In this document: piece by piece, positions 38,818-49,277 of the stretch
Numbering within the stretch: the stretch's first letter is position 1
How the letters are laid out: each line of letters begins with the position of its first letter
From: a bacterium
GTDB taxonomy: Bacteria; Bacteroidota; Ignavibacteria; Kapaibacteriales; UBA2268
DNA length: 64,000 nt
Reading direction: 5' to 3'
NCBI GenBank assembly: GCA_037127915.1
Contig: JBAXXL010000020.1
Location: 1,822 to 65,821, forward strand
The notes under the pieces: model-generated
Seen by the model: only the letters and a program-made list of their open reading frames with translations
What the model was told of the DNA's origin: nothing
The model's database searches: none
Program-made: the position numbers and the translations under genes

Positions 38818-39106
38818 TATGGAAAAAAAAGTGAACGGCACAGACGAAATAGTAAAGACCTCTCATAAGAGAGAATTAGTCGGTAAAGTTACTTCCGACA
38901 AGCCGGAAAAAACAGTTATCGTGAGCGTCGAACGCCATGTTGCGCATCCTTTATATAGAAAATATTACAAAAGACGCAAGAAATACATGGCACACGATGA
39001 AATGAACGAATGTCACATTGGTGATACTGTAAAAATTAAAGAAAGCAGACCTCTTAGCGCCAGAAAACGCTGGGAATTAGTCGAGATTTTAGAGCGTGCA
39101 AAATAA
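38810..39106 (+). CDS. rpsQ: 30S ribosomal protein S17 (the start may be the internal Met at 38819)
   Basis: LVGKVTSDKPEKTVIVSVERHVAHPLYRKY. Confidence 0.9.
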   Translation: MSNMEKKVNGTDEIVKTSHKRELVGKVTSDKPEKTVIVSVERHVAHPLYRKYYKRRKKYMAHDEMNECHIGDTVKIKESRPLSARKRWELVEILERAK

Positions 39107-39121
39107 TGGAGGATAGTAACG

Positions 39122-39490
39122 ATGGTCCGCGAAGAAGCAAATTTAACTGTTGCAGATAATTCAGGTGCAAAACGAGTCCGTATAATACGCGTATTAGGCG
39201 GGCACGGAAAGCAAAATGCATCATTAGGCGATTTAGTGGTTGTAACTGTAAAAGCCGCTATTGCTAACGGTGCTATAAAAAAAGGTCAAGTATGCAAAGC
39301 TGTTATCGTAAGAACTGCTAAAGAAGTTGGCAGACGCGATGGTTCTTTCATAAGGTTTGATGATAATGCCGCAGTTATATTGAATGATAAACTGGAGCCA
39401 AGAGGTACACGTATCTTTGGTCCAGTAGCAAGAGAACTACGTGAAAAGAACTTTATGAAAATTGTTTCACTTGCTCCTGAAGTATTATAA
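39122..39490 (+). CDS. rplN: 50S ribosomal protein L14
   Basis: Operon position and conserved L14 sequence, 122 aa. Confidence 0.95.
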   Translation: MVREEANLTVADNSGAKRVRIIRVLGGHGKQNASLGDLVVVTVKAAIANGAIKKGQVCKAVIVRTAKEVGRRDGSFIRFDDNAAVILNDKLEPRGTRIFGPVARELREKNFMKIVSLAPEVL

Positions 39491-39499
39491 TAAGGTAAA

Positions 39500-39880
39500 G
39501 TGATGAAATTAAAAATCAAAAAAGGCGATTTAGTACAAGTTATTACGGGCGATGATAAAAGAGAACGCTCGCAAGCTAGTGGCGATGACAAAGCAAAGAA
39601 ACGCCAAGCAAATAAACCAAAAGTAGGTAGAGTTCTCGAGGTTTACCCAGAGAAAATGCGAATCTTGGTCGAAGGCGTAAATATGGTGAAAAAACATAAC
39701 CGCCCAAGCCAAACTAATCCTAAAGGCGGTATTCAATCTATTGAAGCGCCGGTACATTACTCAAACGTAATGTTGATTGACTCTGATAAAAAACGCACAC
39801 GCGTCGGCACCAGAGTTGAAACAAAGGATAATACAATAGTAAAGAAAAGATTTGCTAAATCTAACGGTCAAGATTTATAA
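39500..39880 (+). CDS. rplX: 50S ribosomal protein L24 (126 aa, with an internal Lys/acidic insertion)
   Basis: MKLKIKKGDLVQVITGDDK plus a KOW motif. Confidence 0.9.
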   Translation: MMKLKIKKGDLVQVITGDDKRERSQASGDDKAKKRQANKPKVGRVLEVYPEKMRILVEGVNMVKKHNRPSQTNPKGGIQSIEAPVHYSNVMLIDSDKKRTRVGTRVETKDNTIVKKRFAKSNGQDL

Positions 39881-39900
39881 CTTAATTAATGTAGATAGAG

Positions 39901-40548
39901 ATGGCAAAGAAAAAAGTATCAAAAAATGCACCTGGAGCAACGAAGAAATTCGATTTTATTTTAGACGGTCCACGACTCGAGTCAGTACAAGCCAAAGCGC
40001 CGAAAGCTCGATTGGAAGCCTTCTATAAAGAAAATATAGTTCCGGCCTTAATGGAGAAATTCCAATATAGGTCTATCATGCAGGTGCCAAAATTGCAGAA
40101 GATATGCTTGAATATCGGCGTCGGCGGAGCAGTTCAAGACCCTAAATTATTGCAAAACGCAATTAATGAATTAGAACTTATTACCGGTCAAAGACCAACA
40201 ATAAGAAAAGCAAAAAACGCTATATCTAATTTCAAATTGCGCGCAGGTATGCCAATTGGTTGTATGGTAACACTACGCAGAGCAAATATGTATGAATTCT
40301 TAGACAGATTCATTAATATGACTGCTCCACGTATCCGTGACTTCCGAGGTTTTCCTGATAAAAGCTTTGATGGACGGGGAAATTATACCCTTGGTATAAA
40401 AGAACAAATAGTGTTCCCTGAAATAGACGTTGATAAAGTAAACAAAATAACCGGTATGGATATCTCATTTGTAATGACATCCAAAACGGATGAAGAAGCT
40501 TATCATCTTTTGAAAGAATTTGGATTCCCATTTACGAGGAAAGATTAG
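39901..40548 (+). CDS. rplE: 50S ribosomal protein L5 (215 aa, with an N-terminal extension of about 30 aa)
   Basis: [20 protein letters not shown]...QVPKLQKI matches the L5 core. A Lys-rich extension precedes it. Confidence 0.9.
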   Translation: MAKKKVSKNAPGATKKFDFILDGPRLESVQAKAPKARLEAFYKENIVPALMEKFQYRSIMQVPKLQKICLNIGVGGAVQDPKLLQNAINELELITGQRPTIRKAKNAISNFKLRAGMPIGCMVTLRRANMYEFLDRFINMTAPRIRDFRGFPDKSFDGRGNYTLGIKEQIVFPEIDVDKVNKITGMDISFVMTSKTDEEAYHLLKEFGFPFTRKD

Positions 40549-40549
40549 T

Positions 40550-40819
40550 ATGTCGAAACTTAGTGTAATAGCACGCAACGATAAACGTAAACGTTTAGTT
40601 GAAAAATATTCCGAGAAAAGAGCCGCATTGAAAGAGGCTGGTGATTCAGAGGGTTTGCAAAAATTACCTCGCAACAGCAGTCCTTGCAGAGTACGAAATA
40701 GATGTACGTTAACCGGCAGAGGCCGTAGCGTTTACCGTAAATATGGTTTATGCCGTAATATGTTTCGTGAACTTTCATTGGAAGGTAAAATTCCAGGTAT
40801 TCGTAAATCAAGTTGGTAA
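40550..40819 (+). CDS. rpsN: 30S ribosomal protein S14 (89 aa form; the ATG at 40550 is the likely start, not the in-frame upstream Met in the ORF track)
   Basis: [20 protein letters not shown]... is the canonical S14 N-terminus. rplE ends at 40548. Confidence 0.9.
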   Translation: MSKLSVIARNDKRKRLVEKYSEKRAALKEAGDSEGLQKLPRNSSPCRVRNRCTLTGRGRSVYRKYGLCRNMFRELSLEGKIPGIRKSSW

Positions 40820-40837
40820 TAAATAGAAGAAGATAAA

Positions 40838-41233
40838 ATGCCAGTATCAGATCAAATAGGGGATTTATTAACCCGCATCAGAAATGCAGGGTTAGCCGGA
40901 CATAAGTTAGTTGACGCACCGGCATCGAAGGTCAAACTCGGAATAGTCGAGATATTAAAAGACCAGGGCTTTATCGAAGATTTTGAACAAATCGACGGTA
41001 CGGTTCAAGATACAATAAGGGTAACTCTAAAATATTATAAGAGGAAACCCGTAATAAAGGAAATTAGACGTATAAGCAAACCCGGACGTCGTGCCTATGT
41101 CCCTGCGGATAAATTACCGCGCGTACATAACGGCTTAGGAATTGCTATTATCTCTACCTCCAAAGGAATAGTCACCAGCAAACAAGCAAAGATATTTAAT
41201 GTTGGCGGTGAAGTAATTTGTACTGTATGGTAA
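40838..41233 (+). CDS. rpsH: 30S ribosomal protein S8
   Basis: Operon position and conserved S8 sequence, 131 aa. Confidence 0.95.
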   Translation: MPVSDQIGDLLTRIRNAGLAGHKLVDAPASKVKLGIVEILKDQGFIEDFEQIDGTVQDTIRVTLKYYKRKPVIKEIRRISKPGRRAYVPADKLPRVHNGLGIAIISTSKGIVTSKQAKIFNVGGEVICTVW

Positions 41234-41249
41234 TTTAAGGAGTATTGAA

Positions 41250-41789
41250 GTGTCGAGAATAGGTTTGAAACCGATACAAGTGCCGGACAAAGTACAAATG
41301 ACTATGGATGGCAAAAATATAAAAGCAAAAGGACCTTTGGGCGAATTATCAGTTAATGTTCCAGATGGTATTAGCTATACTTTTGAAGATGGTGTTATTA
41401 ACTTTACTAGAGAAAATAACTTAAAGCAAAATCGCGCTTTACATGGTTTAGCACGCGCTTTAACAAATAACATAGTAGAAGGTGTAACAACAGGCTTTAC
41501 AAAAGTTTTGAAAATCGAAGGTGTTGGATATAAAGCTGAAATGAAAGGCAATAGATTATTACTTTCTTTAGGTTTTTCACACACAATTTTGGTAATTCCG
41601 CCTCAAGATCTTAGCTTCGAAACACCAAGCGCCACCATAATCAAGGTATTTGGAATCGATAAACAGTTAGTTGGGCAAGTTGCCGCTAAAATTCGTCAAC
41701 TTCGGAAACCGGAACCATACAAAGGTAAAGGTATTCGTTATGAAGGTGAATTTGTACGTCGTAAAGCAGGTAAGACTGCCGGTAAATAG
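41250..41789 (+). CDS. rplF: 50S ribosomal protein L6 (GTG start)
   Basis: MSRIGLKPIQVP. Confidence 0.95.
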   Translation: MSRIGLKPIQVPDKVQMTMDGKNIKAKGPLGELSVNVPDGISYTFEDGVINFTRENNLKQNRALHGLARALTNNIVEGVTTGFTKVLKIEGVGYKAEMKGNRLLLSLGFSHTILVIPPQDLSFETPSATIIKVFGIDKQLVGQVAAKIRQLRKPEPYKGKGIRYEGEFVRRKAGKTAGK

Positions 41790-41828
41790 TAAGTATTATT
41801 ATAAATAAGATATTGAGAGCCGTTAGAA

Positions 41829-42200
41829 ATGACAGTGCAGGAATTAAAAAAAACACGTAGAATAAGGCGAAAAGCGCATATAAGAAAAAATACGACAGGT
41901 ACTATGGCTAGACCAAGGTTAACCGTATTTAAAAGTAATATGCATATTTATGCACAGCTCGTAACCGATGTTGAGCGTAAAACACTCGCTTCCGCTTCTA
42001 CAATTGACAAAGAGGTTGTTGCCTTGTTGAAAGCGGATATGAACAAAAAACAAAAAAGTGAATTAGTTGGTGAAATACTAGCAAAACGTGCTGTTAAAGC
42101 AAATATTGAACTAATTGAATTCGATAGAAATGGATATCCTTATCATGGTCGCGTAAAAGCTTTGGCTGAAGGCGCTAGAAAGGGCGGATTAAAATTCTAA
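41829..42200 (+). CDS. rplR: 50S ribosomal protein L18
   Basis: Operon position and L18 sequence. Confidence 0.9.
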   Translation: MTVQELKKTRRIRRKAHIRKNTTGTMARPRLTVFKSNMHIYAQLVTDVERKTLASASTIDKEVVALLKADMNKKQKSELVGEILAKRAVKANIELIEFDRNGYPYHGRVKALAEGARKGGLKF

Positions 42201-42221
42201 CAAATAGTAACGAGGAATGTT

Positions 42222-42725
42222 GTGGCAAAATTTAGAGCCTCAGAATTAGAATTAAAGGATAAATTAGTTTACGTCGGTAGAACAGCTAAAGTCGTAAAAG
42301 GCGGTCGCCGTTTTAATTTCTCTGCCATAGTTGTGGTAGGTGATGGAAATGGGCACGTAGGTTATGGTCTTGGTAAAGCAGGCGAAGTTGTTGATGCAGT
42401 TTCAAAAGCAACCGACGCGGCTAAGAAAAATATCCAAAAAGTTACTTTGCAAAATGGTACTATACCACACGAAGTAATTGGTAAGTACGGTGCGGCACGT
42501 GTTTTAATAAAACCTGCAACACCCGGTACAGGCGTTATTGCCGCCGGCGCAGTTCGTGCAGTATTAGAACTTGTTGGTGTGCAAAATGTTTTGACAAAGA
42601 ACCTAGGTTCATCGAACCCACATAACACACTAAAAGCGACAATGGCCGGTTTGGGAGCTATCGAAGATGTCCAAGCTGTTGCAGAAAGACGCGGAATTTC
42701 AATTGAAAAAGTTTTAAATGGATAA
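42222..42725 (+). CDS. rpsE: 30S ribosomal protein S5 (GTG start)
   Basis: [16 protein letters not shown]. Confidence 0.95.
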   Translation: MAKFRASELELKDKLVYVGRTAKVVKGGRRFNFSAIVVVGDGNGHVGYGLGKAGEVVDAVSKATDAAKKNIQKVTLQNGTIPHEVIGKYGAARVLIKPATPGTGVIAAGAVRAVLELVGVQNVLTKNLGSSNPHNTLKATMAGLGAIEDVQAVAERRGISIEKVLNG

Positions 42726-42766
42726 TTGCTTAGCGATTAAGAAGTTTAGCAATAAAAGGTGAACAA

Positions 42767-42952
42767 ATGGCTAATTTAAAAATTACACAAACAAAAAGTG
42801 TAATAAAAAGAATAAAGAAACAAAAACAGACTATAGAAGCATTAGGGCTAGGTCGTCCTAATTACTCGAACATTTTACCTGACAATCCGCAAACACGCGG
42901 AATGATTGAAGTGGTAAAGCATTTAGTTATTGTTGAAGTAGTTGCCGAATAA
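42767..42952 (+). CDS. rpmD: 50S ribosomal protein L30
   Basis: 61 aa. MANLKITQTKS. Confidence 0.9.
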   Translation: MANLKITQTKSVIKRIKKQKQTIEALGLGRPNYSNILPDNPQTRGMIEVVKHLVIVEVVAE

Positions 42953-42966
42953 TAAGAAGAGATGTA

Positions 42967-43425
42967 ATGAAACATATTGGAAATATTAAGTACGCCGAGG
43001 GAGCGAAGAAAAAAAGGAAACGTATAGCTCGTGGACCAGGATCTGGACACGGCGGTACATCCACCCAAGGTCATAAAGGCCAAAAATCTCGCTCTGGCGC
43101 AAAGATTTCAAGTTCGTTTGAGGGCGGTCAAATGCCTATGAACCGTCGTTTGCCGAAATTTGGTTTTACTAATAGATTTAGAACCGAATATCAGATAATA
43201 AACGTCGGTACATTGCAAGAACTTGTCAATAAAGAAATGATAACCGGAACCGTTGATTTTGAACAATTAATGGGCTTAGGTATTATTAATGAAAAAACTA
43301 AACCATTGAAAGTTTTAGGTGATGGCGAATTAACATCTGCCATCCAAGTGAAAGCCCATAGGTTTACTGGCTCGGCTAAAGAGAAAATAGAAGCCGCAGG
43401 AGGGGCGGTAGAAGTTTATGAATAG
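42967..43425 (+). CDS. rplO: 50S ribosomal protein L15
   Basis: Gly-rich KRKRIARGPGSGHGGTS segment. Confidence 0.93.
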   Translation: MKHIGNIKYAEGAKKKRKRIARGPGSGHGGTSTQGHKGQKSRSGAKISSSFEGGQMPMNRRLPKFGFTNRFRTEYQIINVGTLQELVNKEMITGTVDFEQLMGLGIINEKTKPLKVLGDGELTSAIQVKAHRFTGSAKEKIEAAGGAVEVYE

Positions 43426-44752
43426 ATTATTTACCACCATCCGGAACATCTCAAAGATAGAAGAGTTGAGAGGCCGAGTGTTATTCACACTCGGTATAAT
43501 CCTTCTAGTTCGTTTCGGGTCGCACGTTGTGCTTCCCGGCATTGACGCATCTGTGCTAAGCAGTGCAATACAATCGGAATCAAATACATTATTTGGATTC
43601 TTCGACTTATTTGTGGGCGGCGCTTATTCTAATGCCGCTATATTTGCGTTGGGTATTATGCCATATATCACTTCATCGATTATATTCCAATTAGCCGGAG
43701 TTGTGATACCGCAAATACAAAAAATACAAAAAGACGGAGAAGAAGGAAGACGAAAAATAAATCAATGGACGCGTACTACAACAGTACTTATTGCCGCCAT
43801 GCAAGGATGGGCTATAAGTATTAAATATGCGTCAATGACTGCCAACGGTATGAGTGTTGTTCCACATAGTGGTTTAATGTTTTCACTAACCGTTATGGTA
43901 TTGCTTACAGCGGGTACTATATTCTTGATGTGGCTTGGTGAACAAATTACTGATAAAGGTATCGGTAATGGTATTTCCATGATCATCATGATTAATATTT
44001 TAGCTAGATTGCCTCAATCTATATTTATGGAATGGGGAAATCTTGTAAGTGGTATTCGTCCTTGGCCTATTGAAATAATAGTAATTGCATTCTTGTGCTT
44101 CATTATATGGTCAATCATATTAATGACACAAGGGATTCGAAAGATTCCAGTGCAATATGCTAAACGCCAAGTTGGTCGTAAAGTATATGGCGGACAAACA
44201 CAGCATATTCCATTGCGAATCAATACAGCAGGTGTAATGCCTATTATCTTCGCTCAATCATTAATGTTTATCCCTGGCACTTTGGCAAGTTTCTTTCCAA
44301 ACAGTGGATTCTTTAATGTTGTAGCAAGATTATTTGACCATCGTAGTGCGGTATATGCTATAGTGTATTCATTAATAATAATCTTCTTTACATATTTTTA
44401 TACTGCTATCGTATTTAGTCCTAGAGAAATAGCAGATAACATGAAAAAACAAGGCGGTTTTATTCCTGGCATTCGTCCGGGAAGTCATACCGCAGAATAT
44501 ATAGATAAGATTCTTTCTAGAATTACATTACCAGGATCGGTGTATTTAGCATTAATAGCTATTATGCCAACATTGGTAAGCGGGTTCTTCGGCGTTGATA
44601 TTGCTTTGGCATCATTTTTCGGCGGAACCAGTTTATTGATTATGGTTGGCGTAATTCTTGATTTATTATCTCAAATTGAATCGCATTTGATGATGCGTCA
44701 TTACGACGGATTTATGAAAAGCGGCAGAATTAAAGGTCGGGTTAGTATATAA
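43418..44752 (+). CDS. secY: Preprotein translocase subunit SecY
   Basis: 444 aa with 10 TM segments. GIMPYITSSII. Confidence 0.95.
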   Translation: MNRLFTTIRNISKIEELRGRVLFTLGIILLVRFGSHVVLPGIDASVLSSAIQSESNTLFGFFDLFVGGAYSNAAIFALGIMPYITSSIIFQLAGVVIPQIQKIQKDGEEGRRKINQWTRTTTVLIAAMQGWAISIKYASMTANGMSVVPHSGLMFSLTVMVLLTAGTIFLMWLGEQITDKGIGNGISMIIMINILARLPQSIFMEWGNLVSGIRPWPIEIIVIAFLCFIIWSIILMTQGIRKIPVQYAKRQVGRKVYGGQTQHIPLRINTAGVMPIIFAQSLMFIPGTLASFFPNSGFFNVVARLFDHRSAVYAIVYSLIIIFFTYFYTAIVFSPREIADNMKKQGGFIPGIRPGSHTAEYIDKILSRITLPGSVYLALIAIMPTLVSGFFGVDIALASFFGGTSLLIMVGVILDLLSQIESHLMMRHYDGFMKSGRIKGRVSI

Positions 44753-45537
44753 TGCAAAGACTTGTTAAGACAGCTGATGAAATAAATAAAATCGAAAAAG
44801 CGTGTCGGATTGTTGCCGAAACACTTACGAGCTTAAAGAAATTTATGGTCGCAGGAACAACAACCGAGGAAATGGATAAGTTTGCAGAAGATTTTATTTT
44901 GACAAAGGGTGCTACTCCGTCTTTTAAAGGTTATACAGTAGGAAATTTGATTTACCCAAGTTCTTTGTGTATTTCAATAAATGAAGAGGTTATTCACGGA
45001 ATACCTAGCAAACACAGGCAAATAAAAAACGGTGATATCGTTTCTTTAGATTGCGGTGCATGCTTGAACGGCTATCATGGCGACAGCGCGGTAACGTATG
45101 TTGTTGGTGAGATAAGTGACGAGATAGAGCAATTGCTAAAAGTAACCGAGGAATCTCTTTGGAAAGGTATCGAACAAGCTGTGGCTCGCAATAAAGTTTA
45201 CGATATTGCGAGAGCAGTTCAAACACATACCGAGCAATACGGTTACGGTGTTAACCGCGATTTTTGCGGACACGGAATCGGCTCGGATTTGCATGAATAT
45301 CCTTCGATACCAAACTATGTGCCGGCATTGCTCCATCGCCAAAGTTTTCCTAATACAAAATTGTTGAAGGGAATGGCAATTGCGATTGAACCAATGATAC
45401 ATCTGGGTACTAAAGAATGTACTATTCTTGAAAATGGCTGGACGGTTGTAACTAATGACGGCTTACCGGCGGCACACTTCGAACATACTGTTATAGTAGG
45501 CGAAAAAGAAGCATTAGTCTTAACATTAAGGAATTAG
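44752..45537 (+). CDS. map: Type I methionine aminopeptidase
   Basis: 261 aa. Metal-binding motifs include H.IPS, D.G, and HGIG. Confidence 0.9.
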   Translation: MQRLVKTADEINKIEKACRIVAETLTSLKKFMVAGTTTEEMDKFAEDFILTKGATPSFKGYTVGNLIYPSSLCISINEEVIHGIPSKHRQIKNGDIVSLDCGACLNGYHGDSAVTYVVGEISDEIEQLLKVTEESLWKGIEQAVARNKVYDIARAVQTHTEQYGYGVNRDFCGHGIGSDLHEYPSIPNYVPALLHRQSFPNTKLLKGMAIAIEPMIHLGTKECTILENGWTVVTNDGLPAAHFEHTVIVGEKEALVLTLRN

Positions 45538-45543
45538 ATATAA

Positions 45544-45762
45544 ATGGCTAAACAAGGCTTAATAAAGGTCGATGGTATTATAGAAGAAACATTGCCGAAC
45601 ACACAATTCAGAGTAAAACTTGAAAATGGACATGTGATACATGCACATATTTCAGGTAAAATGCGAATGAATTTTATAAAAATATTACAAGGCGATAAGG
45701 TTTCGATTGAAATCTCACCGTATGATTTGTCGAAAGGCAGAATAATTTATCGTTATAAATAA
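45544..45762 (+). CDS. infA: Translation initiation factor IF-1
   Basis: 72 aa with an S1-like fold. [14 protein letters not shown]. Confidence 0.93.
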   Translation: MAKQGLIKVDGIIEETLPNTQFRVKLENGHVIHAHISGKMRMNFIKILQGDKVSIEISPYDLSKGRIIYRYK

Positions 45763-45773
45763 AGGTTGAACAA

Positions 45774-45890
45774 ATGAAAGTACAGGCATCTGTAAAGAAA
45801 AGAAATCCAGACGATAAAATCGTTATTAGAAAGGGTAAAGTTTATATAATTAACAAAAAAAACCCAAGATTTAAACAAAGACAAGGATAA
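45774..45890 (+). CDS. rpmJ: 50S ribosomal protein L36 (38 aa, cysteine-free non-zinc variant). Absent from the ORF track because it is shorter than 60 aa.
   Basis: ATG at 45774. The translation is [38 protein letters not shown]. The canonical L36 is [37 protein letters not shown]. Its position between infA and rpsM supports the call. Confidence 0.85.
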   Translation: MKVQASVKKRNPDDKIVIRKGKVYIINKKNPRFKQRQG

Positions 45891-45906
45891 ATTCAAGGAG
45901 TAGAAA

Positions 45907-46281
45907 GTGGCTCGTATAGCTGGCATAGATTTGCCGAAAAATAAAAGAGGCGTAATAGCATTAACTTATATCTTTGGAATTGGACGCACGACATCAGAAA
46001 AAATCTTGAAAGATGCCGGTGTGGACGAAAGCAAAAGGGTAAATACTTGGACAGATGAAGAAGTTGCATTAATCCGCTTAGAAGTAGATAAATTCAGAAC
46101 GGAAGGCGCGCTTCGCAGTGAAGTTCAAATGAACATCAAACGCTTAATGGATATCGGTTGTTACCGTGGTATTCGTCATCGCAGAGGACTACCTTGTCGC
46201 GGTCAACGCACAAGAACAAACTCAAGAACCCGTAAGGGAAGAAAGAAAACAGTTGCTGGAAAGAAGAAAGCTCCTAAATAA
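45907..46281 (+). CDS. rpsM: 30S ribosomal protein S13 (GTG start)
   Basis: ARIAGIDLP. Confidence 0.95.
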   Translation: MARIAGIDLPKNKRGVIALTYIFGIGRTTSEKILKDAGVDESKRVNTWTDEEVALIRLEVDKFRTEGALRSEVQMNIKRLMDIGCYRGIRHRRGLPCRGQRTRTNSRTRKGRKKTVAGKKKAPK

Positions 46282-46329
46282 TAGTATCTACTATATTATA
46301 TTATTAACATTATATTACGGGTGTAATAA

Positions 46330-46710
46330 GTGGCAAAGAAAAGAATAAAAAAGAAAGTCGTTTCCGAAATACATGGTAAAGCTTTTGTAAAGGCTACATT
46401 CAATAACGTAATCGTTACAGTAACCGACATGTATGGAAATTCCTTATCTTGGTCCTCAGCCGGAAGAAACGGTTTTAAAGGTTCCAAGAAAAATACACCG
46501 TATGCGGCTCAGGTATCTGCCGAAAAAGCGGGTAAAGAAGCCTATGAAATGGGCTTACGAAAAGTAGATGTGATGGTAAAAGGTCCTGGTTCAGGTCGCG
46601 AAGCCGCGATTAGAGCCTTGGCAACAGCCGGATTAGAAATACATAGCATAATGGACCGCACTCCGATTCCTCATAATGGATGTCGTCCACCGAAAAGAAG
46701 AAGAGTATAA
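46330..46710 (+). CDS. rpsK: 30S ribosomal protein S11 (GTG start)
   Basis: Operon position and S11 sequence. Confidence 0.93.
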   Translation: MAKKRIKKKVVSEIHGKAFVKATFNNVIVTVTDMYGNSLSWSSAGRNGFKGSKKNTPYAAQVSAEKAGKEAYEMGLRKVDVMVKGPGSGREAAIRALATAGLEIHSIMDRTPIPHNGCRPPKRRRV

Positions 46711-46735
46711 TTTAGCAAAATTTTAAAGAAAAAAA

Positions 46736-47740
46736 ATGAACTTATTTATGCAAATGCCCGAAAAGGTAACCGTCGAAGAAGTTGGCTCAGCTAACCACTG
46801 CAGGTTTATTATGCAACCATTGGAACCTGGTTATGGCGTTACAATCGGAAATGCTTTAAGAAGAATTTTGCTTTCGTCAATACCGGGAAGTGCAATAATC
46901 GGTGTGAAAATTACAGATGTTCTTCACGAATACCAAACAGTTACTGGTGTTTTGGAAGATGTAATGGAAATCATCCTGAATCTTAAAGAAGTAAGATTTA
47001 AAATGGAAGAAACACACAGCAACAGAGTTGTCTTCCATATTAAAGGACCCGGCACGTGGACTGCAAAAAACATTCAAAACGCCGCTCCGGAGCTAATGGT
47101 GTTGAATCCTGATCACCACATCGCAACTTTGGATAAAGATGCAAATTTCGATGTTGAGTTGAGATTGGGAACAGGTAAAGGATATATCCCTTGGGAAGAA
47201 CAACAAATAACTGATTTCTCAGTTGGAATGTTGCCAATCGATGCGATATATACTCCTATTGTAAATGTAATTTATACTATCGAGCCTTATCGTGTAGGTC
47301 AAAGAACTGACTACGAAAGGCTTATATTAGAAACTCGTACCGACGGTACTATAACATCAGAAGAAGCTGTTCAAAAAGCGGCAAGTATTATGAACGACCA
47401 TATAAGGTTTTTCATATCAGCTGAAGATATTGTAGCTGACGAAGAGTTTCCTATTGATACTGAATTGGAAGAACAAAGAGCTGAAATCGAAAAAGTTCGC
47501 GAGATATTAGATACTCCTGTCGAAGACCTCGAACTTTCAGTAAGAGTTCATAATTGCTTGAAAGCCGCTAATATCCGCGTTATCGCTGATTTAGTACGCT
47601 TCCAGGAAAGCGAACTTCTGAAATTCCGCAATTTCGGTAGAAAGTCATTAACTGAACTTATTCAGAAAATCAAAGATATGGGTGTGGACTTTGGCATGAA
47701 TGTCGAGTTTTACTATAAATTTGATAAAAAAAATAAATAA
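46736..47740 (+). CDS. rpoA: DNA-directed RNA polymerase subunit alpha
   Basis: 334 aa. The N-terminal domain reads LEPGYGVTIGNALRRILLSS. A C-terminal domain (CTD) is present. Confidence 0.95.
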   Translation: MNLFMQMPEKVTVEEVGSANHCRFIMQPLEPGYGVTIGNALRRILLSSIPGSAIIGVKITDVLHEYQTVTGVLEDVMEIILNLKEVRFKMEETHSNRVVFHIKGPGTWTAKNIQNAAPELMVLNPDHHIATLDKDANFDVELRLGTGKGYIPWEEQQITDFSVGMLPIDAIYTPIVNVIYTIEPYRVGQRTDYERLILETRTDGTITSEEAVQKAASIMNDHIRFFISAEDIVADEEFPIDTELEEQRAEIEKVREILDTPVEDLELSVRVHNCLKAANIRVIADLVRFQESELLKFRNFGRKSLTELIQKIKDMGVDFGMNVEFYYKFDKKNK

Positions 47741-47774
47741 TTTTGGGTTTAATAATATTTAGCAGATTGAAAAA

Positions 47775-48539
47775 ATGAGACACTTAAAGTCAGGAAGAAA
47801 GCTCAATCGTACGAGAGCTCACAGAAAAGCGCTTTTACATAATTTAGCGACTCAGCTTTTTGAACATAAAAGAATTAGAACTACCGAAGCAAAAGCGAAG
47901 GAACTAAGACCTTTTGCAGAAAGCATTATTACAAGAGCAAAAAATGCTTATCTATCAGAAAAAGGCGGCACTTTACCTGAAGGTTTACTTATAGATTTAC
48001 ATGCAAGACGTGTTGTCGGCAAAGTTATCAAGAATAAACCTGTATTACAGGAATTGTTCGATGTTATTGCTCCTAAAGTTGCCGATCGTCCGGGCGGATA
48101 TACTAGAATAATCAAAACTAACTATCGTCGTGGTGATGGTGGTAGTAATGCCCTGATAGAATTAGTTGATTGGGCAGGTTCACAAGATGGACCGATGACA
48201 ATCAATCAGAAAAAGAAATTAGCAAGAAAAACTGTTGATACAGAAAAAACTCCTTTGAAAAAAGAAGCTAAAGCTGTAAAACCGGTAGCCGCAATGGTTG
48301 AAGAAAAGGTTGCTTTAGCAACACCAATTGAAGAAGTATCTGAAGTAGTAGTTGTAGATAACGAAATCGAAAATGTAACTGATGTTGAAAACATTCAAGC
48401 ACATGTACCAATGGTTGAAGCAGTAGCTGAAGTCATCGAGGATGCAGAAGTTGAACCAAATCAAGCAGAAGTTCCATCTTTAGAAATCGTTGCTGAAACT
48501 CCAGCTGTAGAAGATACTGACGAAAAACCAGTAGCTTAA
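47775..48539 (+). CDS. rplQ: 50S ribosomal protein L17 with an acidic Ala/Val/Glu-rich C-terminal extension of about 130 aa
   Basis: The N-terminal region MRHLKSGRKLNRT..HR.A is canonical L17. A low-complexity acidic tail follows. Confidence 0.9.
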   Translation: MRHLKSGRKLNRTRAHRKALLHNLATQLFEHKRIRTTEAKAKELRPFAESIITRAKNAYLSEKGGTLPEGLLIDLHARRVVGKVIKNKPVLQELFDVIAPKVADRPGGYTRIIKTNYRRGDGGSNALIELVDWAGSQDGPMTINQKKKLARKTVDTEKTPLKKEAKAVKPVAAMVEEKVALATPIEEVSEVVVVDNEIENVTDVENIQAHVPMVEAVAEVIEDAEVEPNQAEVPSLEIVAETPAVEDTDEKPVA

Positions 48540-48561
48540 TAACTAATATAGATTTTATAAG

Positions 48562-48590
48562 GGCGTCGGTACGAAGACGCCTTTTTTTTA
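48562..48590 (+). terminator. Rho-independent terminator ending the ribosomal superoperon
   Basis: ggcgtc-ggtacgaa-gacgcc followed by tttttttt. Confidence 0.8.
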
Positions 48591-48593
48591 TAT

Positions 48594-49277
48594 ATGCTTC
48601 TACATTGCACAAATATAGAAAAATCATACAAAACAAAGGGTAATAACGTACTCCACGTTTTGAAAAATATCTCGATGGCTATCGCTGAATCGAGTTATAT
48701 TGCGTTGCAAGGAGCCAGTGGTGCCGGAAAAAGTACATTACTCCATATTCTAGGCGGATTGGATGCGCCGGATTCAGGAATTGTAAATTATAACGATGGC
48801 TCACAGGATTATGATCTATACAACCTTGGCGATAATGAATTAGCTAACTTCCGAAATCGCAATATAGGTTTTATATTCCAGTTCCACCATCTTTTGCCGG
48901 AGTTTTCCGCTTTAGAGAATGTGATGCTTCCAAAACTTATTGCCGGCGAAAGCCAAAAAAAAGCTCAAGCTGAAGCTTACGATCTTATGGAACTAACCGG
49001 AATTGCCGATAGAGGTCATCACAGACCCAATGAACTATCCGGCGGTGAACAACAACGTGTTGCAATAGCCCGCGCTTTAATCCAGCAACCAAAAATCCTG
49101 TTAGCCGATGAACCGACAGGAAATTTAGACGAAGCAAATACAATCAAATTCCTCGAATTACTAAGCAAACTCAGAATAGAATATAATCTGACCTGCTTAA
49201 TAGCAACCCATAGTTCATTAGTTGCTCAATATGCCGAAACCATAATCAATATGAAAGACGGCAAAATCATCGAATAG
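48594..49277 (+). CDS. ABC transporter ATP-binding protein (LolD/FtsE-like)
   Basis: Walker A GASGAGKST, ABC signature LSGGEQQRVAIARAL, Walker B LLADEPTGNLD. 227 aa. Confidence 0.85.
   Translation: MLLHCTNIEKSYKTKGNNVLHVLKNISMAIAESSYIALQGASGAGKSTLLHILGGLDAPDSGIVNYNDGSQDYDLYNLGDNELANFRNRNIGFIFQFHHLLPEFSALENVMLPKLIAGESQKKAQAEAYDLMELTGIADRGHHRPNELSGGEQQRVAIARALIQQPKILLADEPTGNLDEANTIKFLELLSKLRIEYNLTCLIATHSSLVAQYAETIINMKDGKIIE

Noticed and set aside
40520-40549. Upstream in-frame extension of rpsN ([10 protein letters not shown]) overlapping the rplE 3' end
   Set aside because: The ATG at 40550 directly follows the rplE stop and yields the canonical S14 N-terminus [11 protein letters not shown].
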